In this document: positions 18,935 through 29,013 of the stretch, in pieces
Numbering within the stretch: the stretch's first letter is position 1
Layout of the letters: every line of letters starts with the position of its first letter
NCBI GenBank assembly: GCA_038204425.1
Contig: JBBRCZ010000001.1
Coordinates: 192,001 to 256,000 of the forward strand
DNA length: 64,000 bases
Direction: 5' to 3'
Origin: Spirochaetia bacterium
GTDB lineage: Bacteria > Spirochaetota > Spirochaetia > DSM-27196 > Salinispiraceae
Position numbers and translations under genes: made by a program
The notes under the pieces: model-generated
What the model was told of the DNA's origin: nothing
Seen by the model: the letters and a program-made list of their open reading frames with translations, nothing else
The model's database searches: none

Positions 18935-19807
18935 ATGATAGAATCAGTTATGGACTTTTGGGAACGATTTTCTGACAAGGATTTCAGGGGACTTGTAAGC
19001 GTCATTAACGCCAGTCCAGATTCGTTTTACACCAAAAGTACCGTCGCCTCAGGCAATAATGATGCCTTGATTAGGCAGGTCGAAGAAATTGTTGAAGCCG
19101 GCGCTTGCTGGATTGATATTGGTGGTGAGTCTTCCAAACCAGGGAGCATCTACGTTGACGCTGAGGAAGAGTTACGTCGACTGATTCCTGTTCTTAAGGT
19201 CGTCAGAAAACGAACACAGCTGCCTATTTCGATAGATACACGCAAAGAGACCGTTATTCGCCCGTGTGTAGAAGAAGGTGCAGACATACTAAACGATATT
19301 AGTGCCTTGAGAGATGATCCGTTAATTTTGCCGTATCTTGCCCGAAACAAAATCCCAATAGTCTTAATGCATATGCAAGGCAATCCGCAGTCTATGCAAA
19401 TAAGCCCGCACTATGATGATTGTGTCAACGATGTAGTTCTTTTCTTGCACGAAAGAGTGCAACTATGTAGAAAGTACGGTATAGACAAAATTATTGTCGA
19501 TCCAGGTATAGGATTTGGAAAATCATACAATGATAATGTGCAACTGTTGAGAAGCCTAGATACTCTTAAACAGCTATCTTGCCCGATTCTGGTTGGCGCA
19601 TCGCGTAAGAAATTTTTGGGTGCAATCATTAAGGACAGTCGGGGAATACAAAGGCTAGCGGAAGATAGACTCAGCTCCAGCCTAAGTGTCACCCAGTTCG
19701 CATTCACCCAAGGCGCAAACTTCGTCCGAGTTCACGACATCAAGGAAAACAGCGAGGTACTCAAGACGCTAAATGTTTTGGAAGGTCGGGAGCGCATAAA
19801 TGTTTGA
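18935..19807 (+). CDS. folP: dihydropteroate synthase
   Basis: Motifs NASPDSF, DIGGESSKPG, SIDT, NDISA, DPGIGFGK, GASRKKF, RVHD. Confidence 0.95.
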   Translation: MIESVMDFWERFSDKDFRGLVSVINASPDSFYTKSTVASGNNDALIRQVEEIVEAGACWIDIGGESSKPGSIYVDAEEELRRLIPVLKVVRKRTQLPISIDTRKETVIRPCVEEGADILNDISALRDDPLILPYLARNKIPIVLMHMQGNPQSMQISPHYDDCVNDVVLFLHERVQLCRKYGIDKIIVDPGIGFGKSYNDNVQLLRSLDTLKQLSCPILVGASRKKFLGAIIKDSRGIQRLAEDRLSSSLSVTQFAFTQGANFVRVHDIKENSEVLKTLNVLEGRERINV

Positions 19808-20600
19808 GTGGATTGGCAATATCTGGCTTGTAAAAAACGTGCTGATTCCATTATTTGACATTGGTATTTTGTCATTTCTGCTTTTTAAGGGCTATCAGAT
19901 TTTGGTGCAGACTCGCGCAGTGCAGCTCGTCAAGGGAACAGCCACATTGCTCATTATGTATGGTATTGCCTACGTATTTCAGTTGAGCACGCTACTATGG
20001 ATCATGAACTTACTAGTTCCTGGTTTGGTGATAGGTATTGTTATTATTTTTCAACCCGAACTAAGAAAAATTTTTACACGACTTGGTCAGAAGCAGCTTT
20101 TTAAACATCGCAATAAGAATCAAGAATTGCCCATTGACGACATTGTACGCAGTGCACGATATCTTTCTGAAATGCAAAGAGGGGCCTTGATTGTATTTTC
20201 GCGTTCGGTTGGATTAAAGAACATAATTGAGACAGGCAGCAAGCTTGATTGTTTGATCAGCGCAGCCCTCATAAATAGTATTTTTTCATACGACACTGAT
20301 CTTCACGACGGAGCACTAATCATTGAAAATGGCCGAATATCTTCGGCAGGGTCTTTCTTGCCTTTGTCAGAACAGCAAGACATAAGAAAGAGCTTTGGAA
20401 CCCGTCATAGAGCGGCTTTGGGTATTGCCGAAGAAACGGATGCTGTCGTCTTGGTCGTTAGCGAGGAAACCGGTGCATTGTCGCTGGCTTATGATGCTGC
20501 ACTTTACTATAATATGGAATTAATTGAGTTAAAGGCACGACTCATGGAACTGCTAGAAATCAAGCCATCAAATTTGGACGAGGTAGAAAATGAAGACTAA
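19800..20600 (+). CDS. cdaA: diadenylate cyclase CdaA
   Basis: Three TM helices followed by DAC motifs LHDGA and GTRHRAA. Confidence 0.95.
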   Translation: MFEWIGNIWLVKNVLIPLFDIGILSFLLFKGYQILVQTRAVQLVKGTATLLIMYGIAYVFQLSTLLWIMNLLVPGLVIGIVIIFQPELRKIFTRLGQKQLFKHRNKNQELPIDDIVRSARYLSEMQRGALIVFSRSVGLKNIIETGSKLDCLISAALINSIFSYDTDLHDGALIIENGRISSAGSFLPLSEQQDIRKSFGTRHRAALGIAEETDAVVLVVSEETGALSLAYDAALYYNMELIELKARLMELLEIKPSNLDEVENED

Positions 20601-21558
20601 TGTCTTTCTAGAAAACCTTGTTCATATGTGGCCAGTAAAAGTTGTCTGTTTGGCCTTGGCTGTTCTACTCTATTTTTTTACAAATTTGGTTAGTCTGCAA
20701 ACTCGACCTTTGACGCTGCCTATCAACTATTTGCTTCCACCGGGCTTCACATTTGGGGCCGAGTACCCGCCAAACGTTCGGCTGCTTTTGCGAGGAAAGA
20801 GCGAGTCTCTTTATTCAATCCGAGATGAAGACATCCAGGTTACAGCAGATTTTTTGCAGTTTAAGGCCGAGGGAGAGTTCCAAACCAAGCTTGATATTAA
20901 GCTGCTTGGTTCCGCGAGCAATATTGAACCACTAGAAGTCAGTCCAAGTCCAGGTGTGGTCACAATCAGGATAGAAAAAATTTCATATAAAGACGTTTCC
21001 GTGACGGCAAGATTCTCCGGTAGCCCCAAATCAGGTTATGAACTTGGCAACTATCTGGTGCAACCCAACACCGTCAGGTTGATGGGGCCGCAAAGTAGAC
21101 TCGATCTGCTTGATACCGTTTTAAGTGATTTGGTGGTATTGGATACCCAGGATGCGAATTTTTCTACCAAGATTAGAGTGTCTAGCGATGATCAGTTGGT
21201 TCGGTTTAGCGGCAGTGATCTTGTTGAGGTTCAAGTTGCTATATTTGAATCGCTAGGGACGATTACCTTGAGGCAAGTAAGACCTGTGGTCTTAGGGCTT
21301 GCCGAGGAGTTTGTAATTGACCCCCCAGTTCTTCCGCTCAGTGTTAAACTGGAAGGAAGCAAAAACAAGTTAGCAATCCTAGACGAACGCAGTGTCAGGC
21401 TTGTAATTGACGCAAGCGATATTAGTGTAGAAGGTAACTACGAAGCCAGTGTGGCGGCTCAGGTGCCAGACGGCGTCAGCATTCTTGCGCTGGAACCCGG
21501 TAGAGTAGCCTTTGTTGTCAAAAAACGAAGCCGCACCAATTTGGGGAAAGACCAGTGA
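20590..21558 (+). CDS. cdaR: CdaR/YbbR-like regulator
   Basis: One N-terminal TM helix, YbbR-like beta repeats, overlaps the cdaA stop. Confidence 0.85.
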   Translation: MKTNVFLENLVHMWPVKVVCLALAVLLYFFTNLVSLQTRPLTLPINYLLPPGFTFGAEYPPNVRLLLRGKSESLYSIRDEDIQVTADFLQFKAEGEFQTKLDIKLLGSASNIEPLEVSPSPGVVTIRIEKISYKDVSVTARFSGSPKSGYELGNYLVQPNTVRLMGPQSRLDLLDTVLSDLVVLDTQDANFSTKIRVSSDDQLVRFSGSDLVEVQVAIFESLGTITLRQVRPVVLGLAEEFVIDPPVLPLSVKLEGSKNKLAILDERSVRLVIDASDISVEGNYEASVAAQVPDGVSILALEPGRVAFVVKKRSRTNLGKDQ

Positions 21559-21944
21559 TTCTGGGACTCGGAACAGACGTTGTTCAAGTAAAACGCTTTA
21601 ACAGTTGGGTGGACAACCGGAACTTGATGGCGCGTTTTTTTTCGGACGATGAGCTAGGCTGGTGTCAGAAACACGCCACTAACATGTCCGCTTCATTGGC
21701 GGCTCGTTTTGCAGCCAAGGAAGCTTTTGGCAAAGCGCTAGGAACCGGGCTTGCTGGGTTTAAACTGCGGGATGTTTCGGTCTTGAGAACATCAAAAGGA
21801 AGACCCAGTATTGTTCTCGTGGAGAGCGCCCAAAAAGCATTTGATGATTTCATGCAAACAATAGGCATTGCTTGCTCAACAATTCATTTGAGTATGAGTC
21901 ATGAAACTGATTATGCCGTTGCTACGGTAATTATTGAGGGATAG
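21555..21944 (+). CDS. acpS: holo-ACP synthase
   Basis: Motifs GLGTDVV, ARFAAKEAFGKALGTG, HLSMSHE. Confidence 0.95.
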   Translation: MILGLGTDVVQVKRFNSWVDNRNLMARFFSDDELGWCQKHATNMSASLAARFAAKEAFGKALGTGLAGFKLRDVSVLRTSKGRPSIVLVESAQKAFDDFMQTIGIACSTIHLSMSHETDYAVATVIIEG

Positions 21945-21953
21945 GAGGAATCT

Positions 21954-22853
21954 ATGCTACCGCAACAGGAAAACAGAGCGACCAACGTTAGCTTTTTTCA
22001 AAGGAATCCCATAAACTGCCCGATTTGCGATGCTCCAATATATAGAGAAGAACTACTTACCGGCAGGGGTAGGTTAATTGCTGGAAATCTCAGTTTGGAA
22101 TTGCGACGTCTCTATGAGGAATCAAAGAAATATGGCGAAGTTAGCCCATTGATCTATACGATTACCGTCTGCCCAGATTGCTACTACGCATCGATGAAGG
22201 AACATTTTTTAAAGGCGCCACCAAGTACGCTTAAGAAAATAGACGATGATAGGCACCTCCGCATTGATGCCGTAACTGAAATTCTTGGCAGCCTCAATTT
22301 TAATCATGAAAGAGGTCTTTTGGAAGGTCTTGCAAGTTACTATCTTGCGATACGTTGCTATGATTATTTTCCAAAAGACTTTGCACCAGTGATTCACCAA
22401 GGTATTTCTGCCTTGCGCGCTGCTTGGCTGGCTGACGACGTTGAGCGTCACGAAAAAGGGAACAATTTTGCTTATTTGTCACGAATTTTCTACAGAAAAG
22501 CGCGTTATTTCTATAGTTTGGCACTTGAGTACGAACAAAAAGGCGTGCAGACTATCACAAACTGCGCAAATTTAGGCCCAGATTTGGACAAGAACTATGG
22601 CTATGACGGCGTAGTCTACCTTAACGGCTATCTTGAGTATCATTTTGGACCAAGAAAAAATGAAGAAAGACGCAAAGAAATGTTAACCAAATCCAAACGG
22701 AGCGTGGCAAGAATTTTTGGTATGGGAAAGGCCAACAAGAACCGTCCTTTGCCTTTGCTTGAGAATGCTAGAGAACTTTACAATATGATTGCAAAGACGC
22801 TAGGCCAAAAAAATGCAATCCCCGAAGAGGATGCAAGAAGCGAAGAGGACTGA
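21954..22853 (+). CDS. DUF2225-family protein
   Basis: CPIC...CPDCYYA zinc ribbon plus LRAAWL helical domain; sits between acpS and truA. Confidence 0.8.
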   Translation: MLPQQENRATNVSFFQRNPINCPICDAPIYREELLTGRGRLIAGNLSLELRRLYEESKKYGEVSPLIYTITVCPDCYYASMKEHFLKAPPSTLKKIDDDRHLRIDAVTEILGSLNFNHERGLLEGLASYYLAIRCYDYFPKDFAPVIHQGISALRAAWLADDVERHEKGNNFAYLSRIFYRKARYFYSLALEYEQKGVQTITNCANLGPDLDKNYGYDGVVYLNGYLEYHFGPRKNEERRKEMLTKSKRSVARIFGMGKANKNRPLPLLENARELYNMIAKTLGQKNAIPEEDARSEED

Positions 22854-22863
22854 ATCGACAGCA

Positions 22864-23622
22864 ATGCGAAATCTCAAAATAACCATGGCCTATGATGGAT
22901 CAAATTTCTTGGGCTGGCAGCAGCAAAAAATTGGAAGAACGGTTGAAGGAGAAATTCTCAAGGCGCTTCAGTTTATGCACAATCAGCCGCTAGGTTTGCA
23001 CGCGGCTGGCAGAACTGATACTGGTGTTCACGCTAGTGGGCAGGTCATCAATTTTGTAAGCAATCTAGACGGAATTCCCTTGCAAAGATATGCAAGGGCT
23101 TTCAATTCGTTTTTGCCACTAGACATTAGAGCCAAGTATGTCGAGGAAAAACCAGAATCCTTTCATGCTCGCTACCATGCGCGAGAACGGTCATATAAAT
23201 ACTACATCCTTTCAAGTGAACTTCATCAGCCTCACTATCGTTTCTATTGTCATCGAGTTGTTCACAAGCCTAGTCTAACGGCACTCAATCGTCTGGCGCG
23301 GGCCTTTGTTGGGACACATGATTTTAGTACCTTCTCCTCGCCATCTGAGCAGAATCCAAATCCAGAAAGAACCGTATACAACGCTTCTTTTGCTATTGAG
23401 GGGCCGTTTTTGGTGTTTCATGTAGTTGCCCAAAGTTTTTTATGGCGCATGGTTAGGTCTATGGTAGGCAGCCTACTCACGTTTGAACAAGAATCGATTT
23501 CAATAGAAGAACTTAAAGCCAAAATTAATGCCAAGGATCGAACCCAAGCAGGTCCCACGGCACCTGCTACAGGGCTATATTTGCATCAGGTTCGCTATAA
23601 GGATGAACATCTTGTTTATTGA
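22864..23622 (+). CDS. truA: tRNA pseudouridine(38-40) synthase
   Basis: Motifs YDGSNFLGWQQQ, AGRTDTGVHASGQ, FHARY, FLWRMVR. Start placed at ATG 22864. Confidence 0.95.
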   Translation: MRNLKITMAYDGSNFLGWQQQKIGRTVEGEILKALQFMHNQPLGLHAAGRTDTGVHASGQVINFVSNLDGIPLQRYARAFNSFLPLDIRAKYVEEKPESFHARYHARERSYKYYILSSELHQPHYRFYCHRVVHKPSLTALNRLARAFVGTHDFSTFSSPSEQNPNPERTVYNASFAIEGPFLVFHVVAQSFLWRMVRSMVGSLLTFEQESISIEELKAKINAKDRTQAGPTAPATGLYLHQVRYKDEHLVY

Positions 23623-24334
23623 AAAAAAACATCTTGCAGAGGTCTTCGTTGGACTATCAAAGTGGGGCTACTTGGAGTCAAGCAAATTTATTGAAACTAA
23701 GGCAAGTCCCACCAAGTTGACCATTCCAACTATTACCAATCACATTGCAAAGGAAACCGCAACAGCTGATAGTCTTGCTGACTTGACTTTGTTGGACTTA
23801 AATCAGCGTATAAGATCATGCACTGATTGTAGCTTGTGCAAGTCCAGAACTAAAGCTGTCGCTGGTACTGGTCCAAGCAACCCGCTAGTGATGATTGTCG
23901 GTGATTTTCCTGGGGTAGATGAAGATGCAATAGGCTTACCCTTTGTTGGCGCAGCGGGACAATTTTTGGATAAGTGGTTAGATTCAATTGGTCTTAACCG
24001 TTACAGCAATACCTATCTAACAAATAGCGTCAAATGTTATCCTGCAAGTGAAGGGGCACCTGACCTCAGTCAGTTTGAACAATGTTCCAAGTATTTGAAA
24101 GTGCAGGTTAGCCGCTTGAAACCACGATTAATCGTGATACTAGGTCAACTGAGCAGTCAGACAATTCTTAAGACCAACCAGGAAATGGATCAGCTTCGCG
24201 GTAGGTTCTTTGATTTGTATGGCATACCCTGTGTTCCAATCTACCACCCTGCCGAAGTTCTGAGAAAACCAGAGCTTAAGCGTTTGGTTTGGGAAGACCT
24301 TAAAAGGATAAGGGAAAAGCTGTCTATTCTATGA
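23603..24334 (+). CDS. family-4 uracil-DNA glycosylase ([4Fe-4S])
   Basis: Motifs CTDCSLC, GDFPG, PFVGAAG, NSVKC, YHPA. Start placed at ATG 23603. Confidence 0.85.
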   Translation: MNILFIEKKHLAEVFVGLSKWGYLESSKFIETKASPTKLTIPTITNHIAKETATADSLADLTLLDLNQRIRSCTDCSLCKSRTKAVAGTGPSNPLVMIVGDFPGVDEDAIGLPFVGAAGQFLDKWLDSIGLNRYSNTYLTNSVKCYPASEGAPDLSQFEQCSKYLKVQVSRLKPRLIVILGQLSSQTILKTNQEMDQLRGRFFDLYGIPCVPIYHPAEVLRKPELKRLVWEDLKRIREKLSIL

Positions 24335-26277
24335 TCGCTTCTGTTGTTTTTGCTATTCCACTCAAGCAAGAGTTTAGCTACTTAGTTCCCGATAACTTTG
24401 GGTCAATTGCTGTAGGGTCTCGAGTCGTTGCTCAACTGCGCAATCGTCTCATTAAAGGCTACGTAACCGAGATACATAGCAGAGAACAAACCGGAAATGG
24501 AACTCTCAAGTCACTTGTTAAACTTATTGATGTGGAACCGCTTCTCAATCAAGAATCGATACAATTAGGGCAATGGCTCAGTTCCTACTATTTTTGCAGT
24601 TTGGGAGAAGCACTCAGCCTGATGGTGCCAAATGCCAACGAAGATCGGGATTTTAACATTGTTGTCAACGAAGAAGAAATTGAGCGTTTGCCAGTTCTTT
24701 CGCAAGAACAAAATGACGCAGTTAAAGGGATTTGTGAGAAGAATAGCGGATCATTCTATCTTTTTGGTGCTACAGGCACAGGAAAGACTGAAGTCTATTT
24801 GCAAGCCGCAAAACAAACTATAGAAGAGGGTCGATCGGTGCTTTTTCTTGTTCCCGAAATATCATTGACTAGACAAATGATCCGGGCCGTCGAACAACGA
24901 TTTTCTGGCCTGTGTGCTGTTCTACACTCAAAGTTGACTGCTTCTCAGAGGTTAAAACAGTGGAAGCGCATATTAAGTGGCGAAGCCCGTTTTGTTGTTG
25001 GCGCGCGCAGCTCGATTTTTGCGCCGATGAAAAAACTTGGTTTGATCATTATTGATGAAGAACACGAATCGACTTACAAGTCTAGTTCCACACCGCGCTA
25101 TCATGCGCGACAAGTTGCCATGTATCGGACTCAAAAAGAACATGCACGCTTAGTTTTTGGTAGCGCGACCCCTTCTTTAGAAGCTTGGCATTTGATGGTG
25201 CAAAAGAAGTTGCCAGTCCTAAACCTCAGTCTTCGTCTTTCAGGTGGCGCGATGCCCACGATGGAAACGGTTGAATTGACAAGCAACGAGACCAGTCTTT
25301 CGCCGCGTTTAATTAATGAGATAAACATTACTCACGCGGCAGGAAGACAAACTATTCTCTTTCTGAATCGACGCGGCTATTCGTATTTTTTCAATTGCAA
25401 GTCCTGCCATAAAGATTTGTCTTGTCCGCATTGTTCTGTAAGTCTGACTTACCATAAAGATCGCCACATGATGGTATGTCACTATTGCGACCATCAAGAA
25501 AAGCCGGTAACTGCCTGTCCACATTGTGGAAGTCTGGATGTCAGTTTTAGTGGTTTTGGGACCGAAAAAGTAGAACAAGACATAGCACTCAATTTTCCGC
25601 ACCTTAAAATAGCCAGGATCGACAGCGATACCACTAAAAAAAAGGGCGAACTGGAACGGATTATTGAAGAGTTTAGGCTTGGTAAGACAGACTTGCTTTT
25701 GGGCACGCAGATGGTGGCAAAAGGTCTAAATTTTCCAGGTGTTAGATTAGTTGGCATCATCAACGCAGATGTGGGCCTAAAAATGCCCGATTTTAGAGCA
25801 GCGGAACGAAGCTTTTCACTGCTTACTCAAGTTGCCGGTCGCGCAGGTCGTTATCAGGCTGATGGTCTGGTGTTAATCCAGACTTTTGATCCAGGTAACT
25901 CAGGCATTCAAAAGGCACTAAACAATGACTTACAAGGATTTTATGCCCTAGAACTCGAGCAAAGAAAGAAGCTTAGATTTCCGCCATATACCAGAATGAT
26001 TCGTTTGGTATTTAGAGGTAGCAACCCCGACAAAGTTCTTCACTGTTGCAAGGAGTTTCTGCTCAATCAATCATCAAAAATTAAGAAATGGTGCGAGGTC
26101 TTAGGACCAGCAGAATGTGCGATCTTTAAGCTTAACAATTCGTATCGTTATCAAATTTTGCTGATTCATGAGTCGAGTCAAACGTTGCATAAACTTTTGA
26201 GTCAAGCACTTGAAGGCTGGATCAGCCCAAGTACAATCTACTTGGAAATTGACGTAGATCCAACAGGACTGATGTGA
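24331..26277 (+). CDS. priA: primosomal protein N'
   Basis: Motifs GATGTGKTEVY, DEEHE, NRRGY, four CxxC, GTQMVAKG, QVAGRAGR. Confidence 0.97.
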   Translation: MIASVVFAIPLKQEFSYLVPDNFGSIAVGSRVVAQLRNRLIKGYVTEIHSREQTGNGTLKSLVKLIDVEPLLNQESIQLGQWLSSYYFCSLGEALSLMVPNANEDRDFNIVVNEEEIERLPVLSQEQNDAVKGICEKNSGSFYLFGATGTGKTEVYLQAAKQTIEEGRSVLFLVPEISLTRQMIRAVEQRFSGLCAVLHSKLTASQRLKQWKRILSGEARFVVGARSSIFAPMKKLGLIIIDEEHESTYKSSSTPRYHARQVAMYRTQKEHARLVFGSATPSLEAWHLMVQKKLPVLNLSLRLSGGAMPTMETVELTSNETSLSPRLINEINITHAAGRQTILFLNRRGYSYFFNCKSCHKDLSCPHCSVSLTYHKDRHMMVCHYCDHQEKPVTACPHCGSLDVSFSGFGTEKVEQDIALNFPHLKIARIDSDTTKKKGELERIIEEFRLGKTDLLLGTQMVAKGLNFPGVRLVGIINADVGLKMPDFRAAERSFSLLTQVAGRAGRYQADGLVLIQTFDPGNSGIQKALNNDLQGFYALELEQRKKLRFPPYTRMIRLVFRGSNPDKVLHCCKEFLLNQSSKIKKWCEVLGPAECAIFKLNNSYRYQILLIHESSQTLHKLLSQALEGWISPSTIYLEIDVDPTGLM

Positions 26278-26301
26278 TCAAAAATACTTCACATCAGTCC
26301 T
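26265..26301. terminator. 13-bp perfect inverted repeat between convergent genes
   Basis: AGGACTGATGTGA-11 nt-TCACATCAGTCCT. Confidence 0.6.
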
Positions 26302-26321
26302 TGTACAAAGATTGGCCTTTT

Positions 26322-28055
26322 TTAGAAGCCTCCCACCTGCAATAGAACAGGTACTAGCTTACCTAACTCTTTCCAGCGAAAGTAGTAAGAACTTGATAAG
26401 ATTTTATTGTGGATGTGACTATAGGCAAGTATGCCCAAGTCTTGCTCAGTTTCTGCGGGGTGTGATAAGCCAAATGCCGTAAAAGCTGCAGAAAGTAAAG
26501 GTGCAAAATTGATTCTGGCTAGTGTCTGAGTTCCTTTTGGAATGCTCGTTAGGTATTCTTGAAAGGTTTTTTTCAAAGAAAGTGAGCTTTCTAGTACCTT
26601 TCCTTCTACAAAATTCTTAAGTTGATCCAAATTTTTGCTGCCCGATATCAAGAAGAGTTGCTTAGATTTGACTACATAGTTTAAGGAAAAAGCTGCAAGT
26701 TCTTCACTAATTTTATTTCTTGCACTATTTGATTTACCTTGTCTTGTAGAAGCCTCTACCAACTCAAGCCCAAGCGACTTGTATTTTAAATCTGCAAATG
26801 TTCGATCGGAAACTTGCAACTTGACAGAATGACCGAGTTCTTCTCCAAGCAAGCCGATGGCTTTTTGAACAGTTGGACTATTTGGCAGCCCGTTAATAAC
26901 TTGTTCAAATGCTTGCTCGTCCTTTAGGTCGAGCAAGACGCTAAACCCAATTTCAAGCAGATCCCCAGGTATAGTGTCGGGTGACTGTGAGATTGCTTTT
27001 TCAAAGTTGCCTCTATAGCTGAGTCCGAGCACGAGTTTTGACCCTATTGTTGATAAAAAACTGTCAAAGATGTCCAGCAGAGCTTTTTCATCTACTTGGC
27101 TGGAAGTACTGACTAGACTTGAGAACTGTGCAATTGAACTTTTGGCTAGACTAGGCTCGATACTTGAAAACAAAGTAATCAAATTGTCTTTGTCAAAAAA
27201 CTGCGCGTCACTTTGTGCTAAGTTTCCTGCTGAAATGTTAGCTAAAAAATTGGCTGATTTTGATCCTTCAACAAAACTTAGGTCCAAAGAAGCTTCTAGT
27301 GCATCTTTTAGGGCCTTAACGTGGACGGCAAGATATTGGATCGATTCAATCGTAGTTACTAGGTTTTTGGAGATAGTGTCTTGTGATTGCTCGTTAAAGA
27401 TGTCCGCTTGAGACGCCAACGATTCAATAAACCCGCCAAAAAAATCTTGGCTAAACGAGTTCCAAATAATTGCATTGGCTTCGATGTTCTTTTTTACTGG
27501 TAAGAATACCAAGATTTCATCTTTGGAGAAAGTATAGTCTTTGGGTAAAACTAAGGTCTTTTTTGGTGCAGCATTGTTTGATTCCAATCCATAGGTAATA
27601 ACGCTGTAAGAGTTTACTAAGTAGCTAGAAACTTTTTTATCCTCTTTAGCTTGTTCTGCCAAATAGGCAGTTATTTTTGGATACGTTTTGTTGCTGTCTT
27701 TCAAAGGTATGTAAATTGAGAGCACCGGTTCAAAGTCAAGTCCACTGTTTGGTGAAAATGAGAAACCCAAAGGTAACAACGGATCAACTTCATCCATTTC
27801 TAGCCTAGTGAATTGTTTGATAGAATCGAAAAAAAGCTTGTTAATGCCAGCCGGAGCTATTGAGTCCTTAAGTCCAGATTGTTCCAAAGCACTATCAATG
27901 GAAGTAAAGAAAGTTGCGGTATTGTCTACTCGGACAAATCCATAGGCGTCTTCGGGCACCAACGATACAAAGTCAGTTAGGGCAGGTGAACAGCCGTATA
28001 CACCTAGTAGTAATAGGCTCAAAACTATTAAAACAACGTTACTCTTTTTCATCAT
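26322..28055 (-). CDS. hypothetical lipoprotein
   Basis: 577 aa, SD GAGGAG, lipobox VYGC. Confidence 0.7.
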   Translation of the reverse strand: MMKKSNVVLIVLSLLLLGVYGCSPALTDFVSLVPEDAYGFVRVDNTATFFTSIDSALEQSGLKDSIAPAGINKLFFDSIKQFTRLEMDEVDPLLPLGFSFSPNSGLDFEPVLSIYIPLKDSNKTYPKITAYLAEQAKEDKKVSSYLVNSYSVITYGLESNNAAPKKTLVLPKDYTFSKDEILVFLPVKKNIEANAIIWNSFSQDFFGGFIESLASQADIFNEQSQDTISKNLVTTIESIQYLAVHVKALKDALEASLDLSFVEGSKSANFLANISAGNLAQSDAQFFDKDNLITLFSSIEPSLAKSSIAQFSSLVSTSSQVDEKALLDIFDSFLSTIGSKLVLGLSYRGNFEKAISQSPDTIPGDLLEIGFSVLLDLKDEQAFEQVINGLPNSPTVQKAIGLLGEELGHSVKLQVSDRTFADLKYKSLGLELVEASTRQGKSNSARNKISEELAAFSLNYVVKSKQLFLISGSKNLDQLKNFVEGKVLESSLSLKKTFQEYLTSIPKGTQTLARINFAPLLSAAFTAFGLSHPAETEQDLGILAYSHIHNKILSSSYYFRWKELGKLVPVLLQVGGF

Positions 28056-28163
28056 CTCTCCTCAGTTTTTTAGGACGTTAAACTTTTGCAAGTCTAACTG
28101 TTAAATCATAGTTCAATTCTAAAGTTTTTTATAGTACAGTGTTCAAAATAAGGAGATGCTTAA

Positions 28164-28553
28164 ATGTCAGATTATTCAAAGAAGGTAATTACTAGTCCAA
28201 ACGCGGCCAAGGCGATTGGTCCCTATTCAGCTGCAGTACAGTATGGCGGTTTAATTTTTTTGTCAGGGCAGTTGGCAATTGATCCACAAAGCCAGGAACT
28301 AATTGGGGCGACGGCCACCGATCAAACAAGGCAGTGTATTAAAAACGCATTTGCACTTCTAGAGGCAGCACATTCGGGCCCAGAAAAGATTATCAAAACA
28401 ACAATCTTTCTGACCAATATGAGTGATTTTGCTGGGGTCAACAGTGTTTATCAAGAACTTATCCCCCAACCATTTCCAGCAAGAACAACAATTGCAGTAG
28501 CTGCTCTGCCAAAAAATGCATTGGTCGAAATTGAATTTATAGCTTCAGTTTAA
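28164..28553 (+). CDS. ridA: RidA/YjgF enamine-imine deaminase
   Basis: Motifs AIGPYS, FLSGQ, KTTIFL, PARTT, LVEIE. Confidence 0.93.
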   Translation: MSDYSKKVITSPNAAKAIGPYSAAVQYGGLIFLSGQLAIDPQSQELIGATATDQTRQCIKNAFALLEAAHSGPEKIIKTTIFLTNMSDFAGVNSVYQELIPQPFPARTTIAVAALPKNALVEIEFIASV

Positions 28554-28605
28554 GATAGTTAGCTAGGGCAGTAATTCAAAAACCCTTAAATACCCCAGCC
28601 AGTCT

Positions 28606-29013
28606 CTAAGGCTCTATTGAAATTCTACGCAAGCTCAGCAAATCAAGTGGCACGTCAGGAAACGCCTTGACACTTGCGCTTAGTCTTAGCCAATTGTACT
28701 GATAGTCCAATCGGATTTCTTTTTTTCCATCTCTAAGCAAGGTTAGGACCTTGTTATCCAGAGTCCACGTTCCTTTTTCAAATTCAAAACTAAAGTCCTT
28801 GTAATTGAGATTGCGCAAGGTAAAGGTTTTGTCACTTTGGACTTGCAGAAACATTTCTGACTCACCGCCCGAACTGTCAAGTACGGCGCCTAGGTAGATA
28901 CCATGTAGGTCTTTCTCATCGGGACTACACGAAACAATGGTCAAAAAAAGCATCAATCCTAGCATCAATCCAATTATCAACAACAATAGCGTGCGCATCT
29001 GATTTTTTCTCAT
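28606..29013 (-). CDS. small lipoprotein, NlpE-N/lipocalin-like
   Basis: Lipobox IVSC, GIYLG, DKTFTL, EKGTW; ATGA overlap with rlmD. Confidence 0.6.
   Translation of the reverse strand: MRKNQMRTLLLLIIGLMLGLMLFLTIVSCSPDEKDLHGIYLGAVLDSSGGESEMFLQVQSDKTFTLRNLNYKDFSFEFEKGTWTLDNKVLTLLRDGKKEIRLDYQYNWLRLSASVKAFPDVPLDLLSLRRISIEP

Noticed and set aside
19800..26277. cdaA-cdaR-acpS-DUF2225-truA-UDG-priA as a novel system
   Set aside because: Matches the conserved spirochete gene order I recall from Borrelia; ordinary core synteny.
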